From assembly GCA_029974275.1 (NCBI GenBank), contig JARKSN010000316.1, positions 1 to 64,000 of the forward strand: DNA of 64,000 bases. The letters are read 5' to 3'. Positions 50,159 through 60,682 of the stretch are shown here, in pieces. Positions within the stretch are counted from its first letter, which is position 1. Each line of letters begins with the position of its first letter. This DNA is from Candidatus Hydrogenedentota bacterium (GTDB taxonomy: Bacteria > Hydrogenedentota > Hydrogenedentia > Hydrogenedentales > SLHB01). The notes under the pieces are model-generated. The model was not told the DNA's origin. It did no database searches and was given only the letters and a program-made list of their open reading frames with translations. The position numbers and the translations under genes were made by a program.

Positions 50159-50944
50159 ATGCCGGAATATATCGGGACGCACATGGATGCGGGATGTTTG
50201 TGGATGACGCTGCAGCGCCCCAAGGTGAATGCGCTCAACGTGGAACTTCTGCGGGAAATTCGGGAGACGGTTCAGGCTGCCGAAGCCGATGCGGCGATTC
50301 GGTGCATGGTCATTCATGGCGGCGCAGGGAAATTTTTCAGCGGCGGCGCGGATATCCCATCGATCCAGGACGCGCTGGGGAGCGATCCGTTCGCGAAAGG
50401 CGCGTTGCTTTCAGAGGGACAGCAGACGATGAATGTCATCGAAGGCTGCGGCAAGCCTGTTATCGCGGCGGTGAATGGCGCGGCCCTAGGCGGAGGATGC
50501 GAGTTGGCGTTGGCGTGCCATCTGCGCCTTGCTTCGACGGAGGCGACGTTTGGCCAGCCCGAAATCAATCTCGGCATCATGCCGGGCTGGGGCGCAACGT
50601 ACCGGCTCGCGAGGCAGATCGGTCATGCGAGGGCATTGGATTGGATGCTGACGGGCCGTATGGTCGACGCGCAAGAGGCCTACGAGGCGGGCCTGCTCTG
50701 TAAACTCGTGAAGGCCGAGGAACTGGAGGCGGCCGCGCAAGAGCTTGCGGGCACGGTGAGCCGAAAGTCGCCGCTGGCAATGCGGGCGATTCTGGAAACC
50801 GTCCAAAATCAGGCCTTGCATCCTGCCGATGCCAGCGAGCTGGAGACTCGCGGGTTTCAACGATGCATGGCAAGCCACGATGCCGTTGAAGGCGTTTCGG
50901 CCTTTCTGGATAAGCGGACGCCGCATTTTACGGGAGAATCATGA
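50159..50944 (+). CDS. Enoyl-CoA hydratase/isomerase (crotonase family)
   Basis: FFSGGADI, KPVIAAVNGAALGGGCELALACH, FGQPEINLGIMPGWG. Confidence 0.93.
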   Translation: MPEYIGTHMDAGCLWMTLQRPKVNALNVELLREIRETVQAAEADAAIRCMVIHGGAGKFFSGGADIPSIQDALGSDPFAKGALLSEGQQTMNVIEGCGKPVIAAVNGAALGGGCELALACHLRLASTEATFGQPEINLGIMPGWGATYRLARQIGHARALDWMLTGRMVDAQEAYEAGLLCKLVKAEELEAAAQELAGTVSRKSPLAMRAILETVQNQALHPADASELETRGFQRCMASHDAVEGVSAFLDKRTPHFTGES

Positions 50945-53400
50945 CAGTGAGGCGTTTAGGAACGTTTGCATGCGCGATAGGAGCGGCGGCGTTGCTGTCC
51001 GTATCCGCACAGGCGCTAGAAGCGGGCGCGGCAAAGGTGGACATTACGCCCGGCCTTGGCACGCCGCTGAATGGATATGGGGCGCGGCTGGGACAAGGGG
51101 CGGCGGCGGTGCACGACCCTATCACGGCCCGGGCGCTCTACCTGGAGGACGGCCAGACGCGCCTGCTGCTGGTTGCGGCCGATCTGTGCGTCATCAATCG
51201 CGAATTGCGCGATCGCGCGCTGGAATTGGCGCCGCGCGATGTGCCGCCTGAAAACATTTTTCTTGTCGCGACGCACAATCACAGCGGGACGGGGGGGATG
51301 GTGCGCCCCCTGATCTTTCGATCGATTTCGGGCCGCTTCATGCCGGAGGTGTTGGAGGCCGCCGCCCAAAAGTTCGCGGAGGTTATGCGCGCGGCCATCG
51401 GGGCTCGCCAACGTGCGGCCATCGGCTATGCGACGTTCCAGCAGAACGATCTGTCGCGCAACCGCCGCGTGCCAGACGGTCCTGTGGACACGCAGGTGGG
51501 CGTGATTCGCGTTGAAAACGCCGACGGACGTCCCATCGCCGTCATGGCCAATTTCGCCGCGCATCCCACGAACGTTCCCGAAGAAGACGCCCTCTCTGTT
51601 TCCGCCGATTATTGCGGTTTCTATTATACGGAACTCGAGGCGTTGTTGGGCGAAAGCGCGATCGCCCTGTTCACCAATGGCGCGGAAGGCGATCAAAAAT
51701 GCGCCGCGCCGCATGGCGAAGATGGCTGGGCCAAAACCGAGGCGGTGGGACGGTTGCTTGCCCAACGCGTAAACGAGGCCGCCCAGAAAATTCGGTGCGA
51801 CGAAAGCGCGCTGCGGGTCGCCTCCGCGCAGGTCACTCTTCCGAAAACCCTCGCGGATTCGTTTCTCCCGCAGGACACGACGCTGAAGACCATCGAAATC
51901 AATGATTTGCTGCTGACGTTTTTCCCGGGGGAGCCGTGCGTCGACATTGGGCTCGAATTGCGGAAACGGACGTTGGCGCGCGGATACGGGGCTCAATTTT
52001 CCGTGGGACTTTCGAATGATCATCTCATGTATTTCGTGCCTCGTTCGATCTACAGCACGACGAGCTACGAATCTTCCATGAACTTCTATGGACCGGGCAT
52101 CGAAGACTTTTTTTACCGCGAATTCAGCAAGCTCATGAGCCGAGGAACGCCGGAGCCCGACCCGGAGCGGCCTGCAGAGCCGGAGATCGCAGCATTGCCC
52201 GGATCGCGTCGCATAACATTGACAGGTTCCGCTTACGCGATTGGATACATGCGCGGAATGGCGTTTGCCGAGGAAATTCGCGCGCATTATCGGGACCGCG
52301 TTTGGGCCCGGGTTGAGTCCAAGGCATGGACCCCCAAGACGGGCTTGTGGAATCTGGCCCCTCCGTTCCTCAATCAGACGCCGTTGGCGTTGTCCTTTCT
52401 CGCTTTCAACGCGAGGCCTTTGCTGAAAGGGCTTCCAGACGACTTTCTGCGCGAGGTTGAAGGCATGGCCGATGCCTGCGCGTTGCCCTTCGATGCGGTT
52501 TGGCTTTCACAGTGCGCGCCAGTTTTCGAGGTGCAGGCGCGGTCTGAAGACATCTACCGCCAGCCCTACTGTACGATGTTCGCGTTGACGGGCAAACGTA
52601 CGGAACGGGATGGCGTTCTGATCGGTCGCAATTTCGATTGGCCTGCGGCGGAGGCGATCGTCGTGGAGGATGTGAAGCCTGCGACAGGGCGTCGGTTCGT
52701 GGCGATTGGTTTTCCGTGGACGGCAGGGGTGTTTACAGGAATGAATGACGCGGGCCTTGTGCTATGCGCCGAGAGGGTGGAAGCCCTCGGAACGCCTTCT
52801 TTGACCGGTCCGCCGATCGAAATGGCGTTGCGTCAGACCTTGCAGACCGCGGGAACGCTTCCGGAAGCCTTGGCGCAATTGCAGGCGGCTTCGCATCTGC
52901 GCGGGTTTCATGCGCTCGTGGCCGACGCGGCGTCGTTGGATGCGCGCATCATCGAATACGGCGCGACGCAAGTTGTCCGCGCGCCTGTCGAGGGTCTGCT
53001 GCTTGGAATCGATCCGGCGAGCCCCAACGCGGACGACTCCGGCAGCAAACGCTACGCGCGGGCGGCAGAGCTTATCGGCGACAAACAAGCGCTTGCTGCG
53101 CCGCGCGTTCAAGAAATCCTTTCGGACGGCGATCCCGCGCAAAACGGAACGGCGCGCATCTTTAACGAGCAGACGCGCTGCTCCGTGGTTTTTCAGCCCA
53201 GGATTCGCCAGATCCGCGTCGCGTTTCCGGATGAGAGCGGCAAACCGGGGCCTTACACGGTGGTGCGCCTTGGCGAAGTCGACGACGTGCAGCCCCAAGC
53301 AGCGACTGGAAGCAGTCGCGACGCCGCCAAGATCGCGACGCAGCAAAACCGCCGGGCTTCTTCCAGCGGAACGCGTTCTAGCCGCAAGGAGGGGTCGTGA
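50941..53400 (+). CDS. Exported fusion of a neutral-ceramidase-like amidohydrolase and a C45/Ntn-hydrolase
   Basis: N-half AGAAKVDITP, VHDPITARAL, ATHNHSG, NFAAHP, SADY, NGAEGD, FPGEP; C-half LTGSAYAIGY, EVEGMADA, YCTMFA (Ntn Cys), LIGRNFDW, GVFTGMNDAGL. Confidence 0.8.
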   Translation: MTVRRLGTFACAIGAAALLSVSAQALEAGAAKVDITPGLGTPLNGYGARLGQGAAAVHDPITARALYLEDGQTRLLLVAADLCVINRELRDRALELAPRDVPPENIFLVATHNHSGTGGMVRPLIFRSISGRFMPEVLEAAAQKFAEVMRAAIGARQRAAIGYATFQQNDLSRNRRVPDGPVDTQVGVIRVENADGRPIAVMANFAAHPTNVPEEDALSVSADYCGFYYTELEALLGESAIALFTNGAEGDQKCAAPHGEDGWAKTEAVGRLLAQRVNEAAQKIRCDESALRVASAQVTLPKTLADSFLPQDTTLKTIEINDLLLTFFPGEPCVDIGLELRKRTLARGYGAQFSVGLSNDHLMYFVPRSIYSTTSYESSMNFYGPGIEDFFYREFSKLMSRGTPEPDPERPAEPEIAALPGSRRITLTGSAYAIGYMRGMAFAEEIRAHYRDRVWARVESKAWTPKTGLWNLAPPFLNQTPLALSFLAFNARPLLKGLPDDFLREVEGMADACALPFDAVWLSQCAPVFEVQARSEDIYRQPYCTMFALTGKRTERDGVLIGRNFDWPAAEAIVVEDVKPATGRRFVAIGFPWTAGVFTGMNDAGLVLCAERVEALGTPSLTGPPIEMALRQTLQTAGTLPEALAQLQAASHLRGFHALVADAASLDARIIEYGATQVVRAPVEGLLLGIDPASPNADDSGSKRYARAAELIGDKQALAAPRVQEILSDGDPAQNGTARIFNEQTRCSVVFQPRIRQIRVAFPDESGKPGPYTVVRLGEVDDVQPQAATGSSRDAAKIATQQNRRASSSGTRSSRKEGS

Positions 53401-54965
53401 GCGAGGTTGTTCGGGTGTTTACGCCAGGCGATGCGCGACGCAGACGGCGACGTGGGCTCTATCGCCGCATGGCGCTGGCGGTGGGCGTTCTTGTGATTCT
53501 CTATTTGATGGTCAGTTCATGGGACCGTCGTTCGTATAGCCAATTCGTTCCAAAAGACCAAAAATATGGCGTGGTCATCACCGATCTCCTGAGACATCGC
53601 GACGCGTTGGCGCAATCCGCAGTGTGGCGGGCGTTGCCGCCCTCTATCGGCGCGAACGGCATTCCAGCCTTACTGACATCAAGCACAGGGCTTCCAGAGT
53701 GGGTGCTTAACAATCTGATTGGCGGACCGTGCTACATCACGGGTCAAGACATCGTCGCCTTTCGCGACGTCGTAATCATCACGCGCATGACGATGATTGG
53801 CAAGCAACTGGAGCGGTTAAGCGCCTTCGCTTCTGCGATCGAGAACGATCCCGCGGGCGGGCTCCGCCTGCGCCATGTACGGGGAACCAGCGTTTATTTT
53901 GCCGTGCGCGGACGTCTTTTCCTGCTGTCACGATCCCGCGACGCGCTGATCCGTTCCCTGACGCTCCGGCCCGAGGATGTCGTCTCGGATGATCCGTTGC
54001 TGACCCAGACCGCCAAGTCCGGCACCGAACACGTGCGCGGCATGGTGATATTATCGCCGGACGACCCCCTCGGCAAGCACATCCGTTCGCTACGTTTCGC
54101 CTTGCGCATCGACGCCGCCGCGGCGCACCTGCGCTGCCGCGTGAAGCTAGATGAGAGTCTTGAGGCCTCTCTCTCTCCCCTGTTGACCGATCTTGGCCCT
54201 AAGCCGTTGATCGCGCCGCCTGACGGCATGATCGGGCTTTCGGCCAATCTCGGACATCCCATCAAAGACGTGTGGGCGTCGCTCGCTCCGGCCCTTCCCT
54301 ACCCGATTTTTGCCGCGCAACAGTGGGAAGCCTGGCAGACCGTCTCGCCCGGGCGACAACCGGGATGGTTGCACATGCTGACGGGGTTGCTGGGCCTGGC
54401 GGGCCCAGGGTTCGCCCTGAGCGTGAGCGGTGTCGACCAGAACGAAATGCTGCCATTGCCGTTGCTCGTCGGACTATTCGAGGCCCCAAACGACGCCATC
54501 CAGAAGGCTGCCGCGTCGTGGCCGCCGTTGCCGGATACGGCAAAACCGTGGGATAGCATTCCCCGCTATGAGACCGACCACAAATGGATTCGTCTGCCGT
54601 TGATAGGCGGCCCGTCGTTGGAACCTGTGGCGGCGCCGTATGGCGATGCACACTTATTGTTCAGTTCAAGCAGGACTGTGGCCGAAGCGATGTTGACCCA
54701 GCCCCAACCCCCTCAGCCCCTGGCCACGCCGGGCAATCTGTGCCTTCAGATCAAGCCGCTCGATTGCGTGCAAGCTCTCGCCGATGCCGGCCAGCAATTG
54801 GCGGACAGCAATCTGTTGCGCGGATATGCGCCGGATTCGTTTAGGGCCGACGCGGCGCGGTGGATCGAACAAGCTCAAAACGTCCGGTCGCTTTCGTTTT
54901 TGCTGACGCGCGACAACGGCGAACTTGCCGCTCAGGCTGATCTATTCTGCACAACCGGCGACTAG
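53397..54965 (+). CDS. Hypothetical membrane-anchored protein
   Basis: 522-codon ORF overlapping the upstream stop; basic stretch followed by an N-terminal TM helix. Confidence 0.7.
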   Translation: MSEVVRVFTPGDARRRRRRGLYRRMALAVGVLVILYLMVSSWDRRSYSQFVPKDQKYGVVITDLLRHRDALAQSAVWRALPPSIGANGIPALLTSSTGLPEWVLNNLIGGPCYITGQDIVAFRDVVIITRMTMIGKQLERLSAFASAIENDPAGGLRLRHVRGTSVYFAVRGRLFLLSRSRDALIRSLTLRPEDVVSDDPLLTQTAKSGTEHVRGMVILSPDDPLGKHIRSLRFALRIDAAAAHLRCRVKLDESLEASLSPLLTDLGPKPLIAPPDGMIGLSANLGHPIKDVWASLAPALPYPIFAAQQWEAWQTVSPGRQPGWLHMLTGLLGLAGPGFALSVSGVDQNEMLPLPLLVGLFEAPNDAIQKAAASWPPLPDTAKPWDSIPRYETDHKWIRLPLIGGPSLEPVAAPYGDAHLLFSSSRTVAEAMLTQPQPPQPLATPGNLCLQIKPLDCVQALADAGQQLADSNLLRGYAPDSFRADAARWIEQAQNVRSLSFLLTRDNGELAAQADLFCTTGD

Positions 54966-54996
54966 AGAGGACGAATCGGTGGCCAGGCCGGTATCC

Positions 54997-56478
54997 ATGA
55001 AATATGACATGTCCCATTCACCCGCGATTGTGTGGTTTCAGCAGGACCTTCGCCTTACAGACAATCCGGCGCTCTTCGCAGCGGCCGATCGAGGCCCGGT
55101 GGCGCCCGTCTACATTCACGCGCCGGAAGAAGAAGGGGAGTGGGGCCTAGGCGCGGCGAGTCGTTATTGGCTACATCAGTCCCTTGTCGCATTGGACGCT
55201 TCTTTGCAAGCGCGCGGCCTGCGCTTGGCGCTGCGACGCGGCCCGACGTTGGACGCCTTGCGCACGATCGCCGCCGAAACCGGGGCGCGATCGGTTTTCT
55301 GGAACCGTCGCCACGACCCCGTTGGCGCCGCGCGGGAAGCCGCGGTCGAACAGGCGCTGCGCGCGGACGGCATCGAGACGTTTCCACACGTTTCCGCGCT
55401 TCTCTTCAACCCGGATCGTATCCGAACCCAGCAAGGGGGGCCATACAAGGTTTTTACGCAGTTCTGGCGCGCTTGCCAGGCCTCTGACGAACCGCCGTCG
55501 CCGTGTGCCGCCCCATCGTCCCTGCGCGGGCCGGAATCATGGCCCCATTCCGAGAAAATCGAGGCGCTTGGGTTGGAGCCGCGCGTTGATTGGGCGGCCG
55601 GGATTCGCGGCGCATGGCGTTTCGGCGAGGCGGCGGCTCGGGACCGTCTGGTTTGTTTTCGAGACGAAGCGCTGGAGCGGTATGCGACGGGACGCGACGC
55701 GCCCGCGGAGGAGTTGACCTCGCGACTGTCTCCGCACCTGCACTTCGGCGAACTATCGGTGCGCCAAGCATGGCACACAATTCAGGAAGCTGCGCTGCAT
55801 CGGCCCGGCAATAACATCGACGTTTCGGCGCAACGCTTTTTGACCGAGCTGGGTTGGCGCGAGTTTGCACATCACTTGCTAATCCACTTTCCCAACACGC
55901 CGACGCAGCCGCTGCGTCCGGAGTTTGCGCGTTTCCCGTGGCGCCGCGATCCCGATCGTCTGTGCGCGTGGCAACGTGGACAAACCGGATATTCTATCGT
56001 CGACGCGGGCATGCGCGAGCTATGGGCCACTGGGTGGATGCACAACCGCGTCCGCATGATCGCGGCGTCGTTCTTGGTGAAGGACCTGTTGCTGCCGTGG
56101 CAAGAAGGGGCCCGGTGGTTTTGGGACGCGCTGGTTGACGCGGACCTTGCCAACAACACCTTTGGGTGGCAGTGGAGCGCGGGGTGTGGCGCGGATGCGG
56201 CTCCGTATTTCCGCATTTTCAACCCCGTGACGCAAGGTGAACGTTTTGATCCGCAAGGCCGGTACGTGCGGCGCTGGGTCCCCGAACTTGCGGCGCTTCC
56301 AGACGCGCATATTCATCGACCGTGGGAAGCGCCCCGCGATGCCCTGGCCCGTGCGTCCATAACGTTGGGGCATGACTATCCCGCCCCGATCATCGATCAT
56401 CGCGAGGCCCGGCAGGAAGCTTTGCTTGCGTTCCAGCGGATTCGCGCAATGGCCTCGGCCCCCCAAAAACTGGTATAG
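54997..56478 (+). CDS. phrB: Deoxyribodipyrimidine photolyase (class I)
   Basis: IVWFQQDLRLTDNPAL, TSRLSPHLHFGELS, ELGWREF, GWMHNRVRM, DADLANN, YFRIFNP. Start is 54997 or 55009. Confidence 0.93.
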   Translation: MKYDMSHSPAIVWFQQDLRLTDNPALFAAADRGPVAPVYIHAPEEEGEWGLGAASRYWLHQSLVALDASLQARGLRLALRRGPTLDALRTIAAETGARSVFWNRRHDPVGAAREAAVEQALRADGIETFPHVSALLFNPDRIRTQQGGPYKVFTQFWRACQASDEPPSPCAAPSSLRGPESWPHSEKIEALGLEPRVDWAAGIRGAWRFGEAAARDRLVCFRDEALERYATGRDAPAEELTSRLSPHLHFGELSVRQAWHTIQEAALHRPGNNIDVSAQRFLTELGWREFAHHLLIHFPNTPTQPLRPEFARFPWRRDPDRLCAWQRGQTGYSIVDAGMRELWATGWMHNRVRMIAASFLVKDLLLPWQEGARWFWDALVDADLANNTFGWQWSAGCGADAAPYFRIFNPVTQGERFDPQGRYVRRWVPELAALPDAHIHRPWEAPRDALARASITLGHDYPAPIIDHREARQEALLAFQRIRAMASAPQKLV

Positions 56479-56509
56479 TGACGCAAACGAAGATTGAGCG
56501 CAGGACCAC

Positions 56510-57214
56510 ATGCGAGAACGGAAATCCGCCATGACCTCTCCCGAGAACGCCAGAAAGAGCAAGCGCTCTTTTTCCGCCCGCTTGGCCCGGAGCACGCGCA
56601 CGCGCATGATCTCCGGCTTGTTGGTGCTCGTGCCCCTGGTGGTCACGTACTTTGTGCTCCAGTTCCTGTACAAAATGTCCGTGGGCACCTTGCTCCCCCT
56701 ATTGAACAAGGTCGATCTGCAACTCCCCGAGTACGCCAAGCCCCCCGTGGCTCTGCTTGTCGTGTTTGTCGCGATTTATGTGGCGGGTCTTCTCGCGGGC
56801 AACTATGTGGGCCGCAAAGTGATTGCCTTGGGCGAGGCCATTCTCCGTCGCATTCCCGTAGTCAAGACGGTCTATTCCGCTTCAAAACAGGTTGTAGACA
56901 CTTTCAGCATCAAGGACAAGCAAGGATTCAAACGAGTCGCCTTGGTCGAATATCCGCGACCTGGCATCTACGCATTGGGGTTTGTGACCGGAGAGATCCG
57001 CCTTCCGGATGGACGGAACTGTTATATTGTATTCATACCGACCTCGCCTAACCCAACCTCGGGTTTTTTGGAGGCCGTGCCCATGAGCCAGGCGGAATTG
57101 CTCGACCTGTCGATCGAGGAGACGCTTCGGGTTGTCATGTCCGCCGGCATTTTATCGCCGGAGTCACTGGTTCGCGCCTCGGACGCATCTCCGGAGAAAA
57201 CGGAGACGTCATGA
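56510..57214 (+). CDS. DUF502 membrane protein
   Basis: [41 protein letters not shown]. Confidence 0.88.
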   Translation: MRERKSAMTSPENARKSKRSFSARLARSTRTRMISGLLVLVPLVVTYFVLQFLYKMSVGTLLPLLNKVDLQLPEYAKPPVALLVVFVAIYVAGLLAGNYVGRKVIALGEAILRRIPVVKTVYSASKQVVDTFSIKDKQGFKRVALVEYPRPGIYALGFVTGEIRLPDGRNCYIVFIPTSPNPTSGFLEAVPMSQAELLDLSIEETLRVVMSAGILSPESLVRASDASPEKTETS

Positions 57215-57624
57215 AATTCGCGACCGAGTATCTTTACTTCACGACCCAGCGAAAGCGCGAATACCTCAACATCACCCCCGCCGTCGAGGGCATTGTCGCC
57301 AAGAGCGGCGTGCGCGAGGGCATGGTCCTCGTGAGCGCGATGCACATCACGGCGGGCGTGTATGTCAACGATGCGGAATCAGGGCTTATCCAGGACATCG
57401 ATGAATGGCTGGAGAATCTGGCCCCGTTCCGCTCGGACTACCGCCACCATCGCACGGGCGAAACGAACGGCGACGCGCATCTGAAAAGCCTGCTCATTCA
57501 CCATGAAGTCGTTGTGCCCATCACCGAAGGCCGTCTCGACCTCGGACCATGGCAACAAATCTACTATGCCGAGTTCGACGGCCAACGGCGCAAACGTTTG
57601 GTCGTCAAGGTCATGGGCGAGTAG
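57211..57624 (+). CDS. yjbQ: YjbQ/UPF0047 family protein
   Basis: [31 protein letters not shown]. Confidence 0.9.
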   Translation: MKFATEYLYFTTQRKREYLNITPAVEGIVAKSGVREGMVLVSAMHITAGVYVNDAESGLIQDIDEWLENLAPFRSDYRHHRTGETNGDAHLKSLLIHHEVVVPITEGRLDLGPWQQIYYAEFDGQRRKRLVVKVMGE

Positions 57625-57630
57625 CCTCGC

Positions 57631-58536
57631 ATGCCCAGCGTCAAAAAATCCTTCTATACGACCGTCGATCACGATTTTGAGGTCGAACATGTCGAAGAAG
57701 TCGCGTGCAATCTCTGCCACGCGACGGCATACGACGTTTTGGCGCAAGAGCTGGGTTTTGACATCCGCGAATGCTCGAACTGCGGACTCGTGTACGTTTC
57801 CCCACAGCCCGCGGCGAATGAAATCAAGCGTTTCTACGAGGGCATGTACACCTCGCAAACCGCCGCCGACGCCGCGACCCGTTCCATCGGCGCGGTCGAG
57901 CGCCATCTCAAGCGCGTGGTGCTTGCGCGGAAACCCGAGGGCGGACGCCTCCTCGAAATTGGCTGCGGCTATGGGAATTTTTTGCGGCAGTTCGTGAGCC
58001 CGCGATGGACCTTGACCGGCGTCGAAACCGCAACCAATGCCCTGGCGCACGTGCGCAGGACTGTCCCCGGCGTGACGTTGGTCGAGGGAACCGTCGAAGA
58101 ATCGGACTTTCCTCCGGCGAGCCAGGACTGCATCGTGATGATCGCGGTCCTCGAGCACATGAAAGACCCGAAAGGCGTGCTGGCGCGCGTCACGCGTTGG
58201 CTTGCTCCGGGCGGGCTCTTGCTCGTGCAAACGCCCTACATCGCAAACTTCATCCGGGCCAAACGCTGGTTTCCCAAGTTGCCGATACATTTTGAAGCGC
58301 CGCGGCATCTGTTCGATTTTTCGCCGTCGACATTGCCGCGATACTTTGCGGAAGCGGGCCTGCGCGACGTTCGCACGGAGATCGCGCGCCCGTATTCAAG
58401 CACGGGCCCTCTGGGCTCGCTGCTCATTTGGGGCGTCAAGGCGCCGGGTTTGTTGTTGTATGCGCTTACGGGAGGACGCTACGTGTATCCCTATTCGAGC
58501 GCCATTGTGGTGCACGGCGTGCGCGAACGCGCCTAG
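57631..58536 (+). CDS. Class I SAM-dependent methyltransferase with an N-terminal Zn-binding motif
   Basis: CNLC...CSNCGLVY, LLEIGCGYG, VLEHMKDP, PRHLFDF. Confidence 0.85.
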   Translation: MPSVKKSFYTTVDHDFEVEHVEEVACNLCHATAYDVLAQELGFDIRECSNCGLVYVSPQPAANEIKRFYEGMYTSQTAADAATRSIGAVERHLKRVVLARKPEGGRLLEIGCGYGNFLRQFVSPRWTLTGVETATNALAHVRRTVPGVTLVEGTVEESDFPPASQDCIVMIAVLEHMKDPKGVLARVTRWLAPGGLLLVQTPYIANFIRAKRWFPKLPIHFEAPRHLFDFSPSTLPRYFAEAGLRDVRTEIARPYSSTGPLGSLLIWGVKAPGLLLYALTGGRYVYPYSSAIVVHGVRERA

Positions 58537-58569
58537 ATCGCCGTGGGGAAGAAACAAGGAGACGCCACT

Positions 58570-59790
58570 GTGCAAGCTGTGATCATGGCTGCGGGTCAAT
58601 CGACGCGCACCTACCCGTTGACCCTCACGCGGCCCAAGCCGCTGCTTCCGCTTCTGAACAGGCCGGTGCTCGCACACCAGCTCGACGCGCTGCATGGAAC
58701 CATCGACGAGGCGATCCTCGTCGTCGGCTACATGCGCGAACAAATCGAGACAGCATTTGGCGATGACTATCGCGGAATCCGCCTGCGGTACGTCGTGCAG
58801 GAAGAGCAGAAAGGCACGGGGCACGCAATTCTGCAGAGTGCGCCGCACATCAAAGGCCCCTTCCTCGCCATGAACGGAGACGACCTGTATGCCGCGACGG
58901 ACCTTCGACGGTTGGCGGCGTCGGACGATCCCGCAGCTCTTGTGAAGCATGTCGAGGACCCGCGGCTCTATGGCATCTACGAAGCGGACGGCGATGGTCG
59001 CGTCAAGCGTCTCGTCGAGAAACCTGCGGAGGTGTTCTCGACCCTGGCCAACGTGGGCGCATACCGCTTCGAGCCGTCCGTGTTCGACGTTTTGAAGCGC
59101 ACGCAGCCCTCCGCGCGGGGAGAGATCGAGATCACATGCGCCATCCAGGCCCTCGCGGAACAGGCGACGTTCCGCGTCGTCGAAATGGAAAGCTACTGGC
59201 TTCCCATCGGGTATCCGTGGCATCTGCTCGACGCCAACGAATATCTGCTGAATGCCTGGCTCGAACATCGCATTGAAGGCGAAGTGAGCCCCGCCGCGCA
59301 CATCAACGGACGCGTCAACATTGGCAAAGGAACCGTCGTCCGTTCTGGCGTCGTCATCGACGGGCCGGTCCTCATCGGCGAAAACTGCCATATTGGCCCC
59401 AACTGCTGGCTACGGCCCGGCGCCACGATTGGCAATCACTGCAAGGTTGGCCACGGCGTCGAGATCAAGAACTCGATCCTGATGGATCATGCCGCCGCGC
59501 CGCATCTCAACTATGTCGGCGACAGCATCATTGGCGAACGCACCAACCTTGGTTGCGGCACGGTGACCGCGAACGTCCGCCACGACGGAAAGAATATTGC
59601 GTCCGTTGTGAAAGGCGAAGTCATCGACAGCGGGCGCAGAAAACTGGGCGCCATCATCGGCGATCACGTGCATACGGGGATCAACACGTCCATCTACCCA
59701 GGCCGCAAGTTCTGGCCGCACACATACAGCTTTCCGGGCGAGGCCGTCCGCAAAGACGTCGTCGATACGCGCCGCACGCCGCAAAAATAA
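58570..59790 (+). CDS. Bifunctional sugar-1-phosphate nucleotidyltransferase/acetyltransferase (archaeal-type GlmU-like)
   Basis: AVIMAAGQSTRTYPLTLTRPKPL, GTGHA, hexapeptide repeats, VEIKNS, HLNYVGDS, GRRKLGAIIGD. GTG start with AAGGAG upstream. Confidence 0.88.
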   Translation: MQAVIMAAGQSTRTYPLTLTRPKPLLPLLNRPVLAHQLDALHGTIDEAILVVGYMREQIETAFGDDYRGIRLRYVVQEEQKGTGHAILQSAPHIKGPFLAMNGDDLYAATDLRRLAASDDPAALVKHVEDPRLYGIYEADGDGRVKRLVEKPAEVFSTLANVGAYRFEPSVFDVLKRTQPSARGEIEITCAIQALAEQATFRVVEMESYWLPIGYPWHLLDANEYLLNAWLEHRIEGEVSPAAHINGRVNIGKGTVVRSGVVIDGPVLIGENCHIGPNCWLRPGATIGNHCKVGHGVEIKNSILMDHAAAPHLNYVGDSIIGERTNLGCGTVTANVRHDGKNIASVVKGEVIDSGRRKLGAIIGDHVHTGINTSIYPGRKFWPHTYSFPGEAVRKDVVDTRRTPQK

Positions 59791-59827
59791 GCCGTTGGGG
59801 GGCGTAACCGCCGAATGATCCGCTTCG

Positions 59828-60241
59828 CTAGGACTCTATCGAAGGATCCGAATCTGGGCGGTCATCCGGAAGGTTCAGGAGACTTTTCAGGGCGCCAAAT
59901 GCTTGCATGCCCGAGGGGGGCGCCGCATCGCGATAGACGGCTGCGGCTCCCCGAGCGCCGGTGCGTTCATAGGCCTCGTGCGCATCGTCGTGACAGTACA
60001 AACACAGGAGCTCCCAATTGCTGCCATCGCTCGGGTTGTTCTTGTGATTGTTGTCTTTGTGGTGCACGGTGAGCTCGCGGAGGTTTTTCCCGGAAAATTC
60101 CCGGCCGCATCGGGCGCAAACATGGGGAAACAAAACAAGGGCCTGCTCACGATAGGCCGATTGCGATGGCGTCTTCTCGAACCGAAGAGCAGCGGGAGTC
60201 GCCTGTTTTTCCAGCTTCGAAGGTTTCCGTTTCTGCGGCAT
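59828..60241 (-). CDS. yajD: YajD-family HNH nuclease
   Basis: YREQALVLFPHVCARCGREF...LRELTVHHKDNNHKNNPSDGSNWELLCLYCHDDAH. Confidence 0.9.
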   Translation of the reverse strand: MPQKRKPSKLEKQATPAALRFEKTPSQSAYREQALVLFPHVCARCGREFSGKNLRELTVHHKDNNHKNNPSDGSNWELLCLYCHDDAHEAYERTGARGAAAVYRDAAPPSGMQAFGALKSLLNLPDDRPDSDPSIES

Positions 60242-60270
60242 GAGTTTCTCCTGTTTCACTCGGGCGGAGT

Positions 60271-60627
60271 CTACCCCATTATCGGTTTTTCGAACTCGAC
60301 ATCGCAGTAGAGGCAGCGGCTATGCCGCGACGACGAGACGCGATGGCAGACAGGACATTCGACCGCCATCGCGGTCATGCGACCGTCCTGGACTCCGTCG
60401 CGCAAATCGATCTCGAGAGCCTTTTCTTCAAGCTGTCTGTCGGTAAGCTTGGCGCGTTCGCGCAGCAGTTCCCACAGAGCTTGATTGAGAAGTTGCAGAC
60501 GCCCGATGGTCTGTTCCAACACGCGCATGCGCTGTTCAAGACTTGCGGTCTGGGAACGCGCCTGCGTGTCGGCCGTATTCGGCGCGGAGCCGCTTCCTGC
60601 ATACCAGATGCCACCCATGCCTAACAT
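60271..60627 (-). CDS. Small coiled-coil plus zinc-ribbon hypothetical protein
   Basis: LEQRMRVLE coiled coil, EIDLRDG, C-terminal CPVC...CLYC; GGAGG upstream. Confidence 0.72.
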   Translation of the reverse strand: MLGMGGIWYAGSGSAPNTADTQARSQTASLEQRMRVLEQTIGRLQLLNQALWELLRERAKLTDRQLEEKALEIDLRDGVQDGRMTAMAVECPVCHRVSSSRHSRCLYCDVEFEKPIMG

Positions 60628-60682
60628 GACGATTCCCTCCTTGTTTCAGCAGCGCCCATCAGGTTGGCCGCGCATGCCGCTG

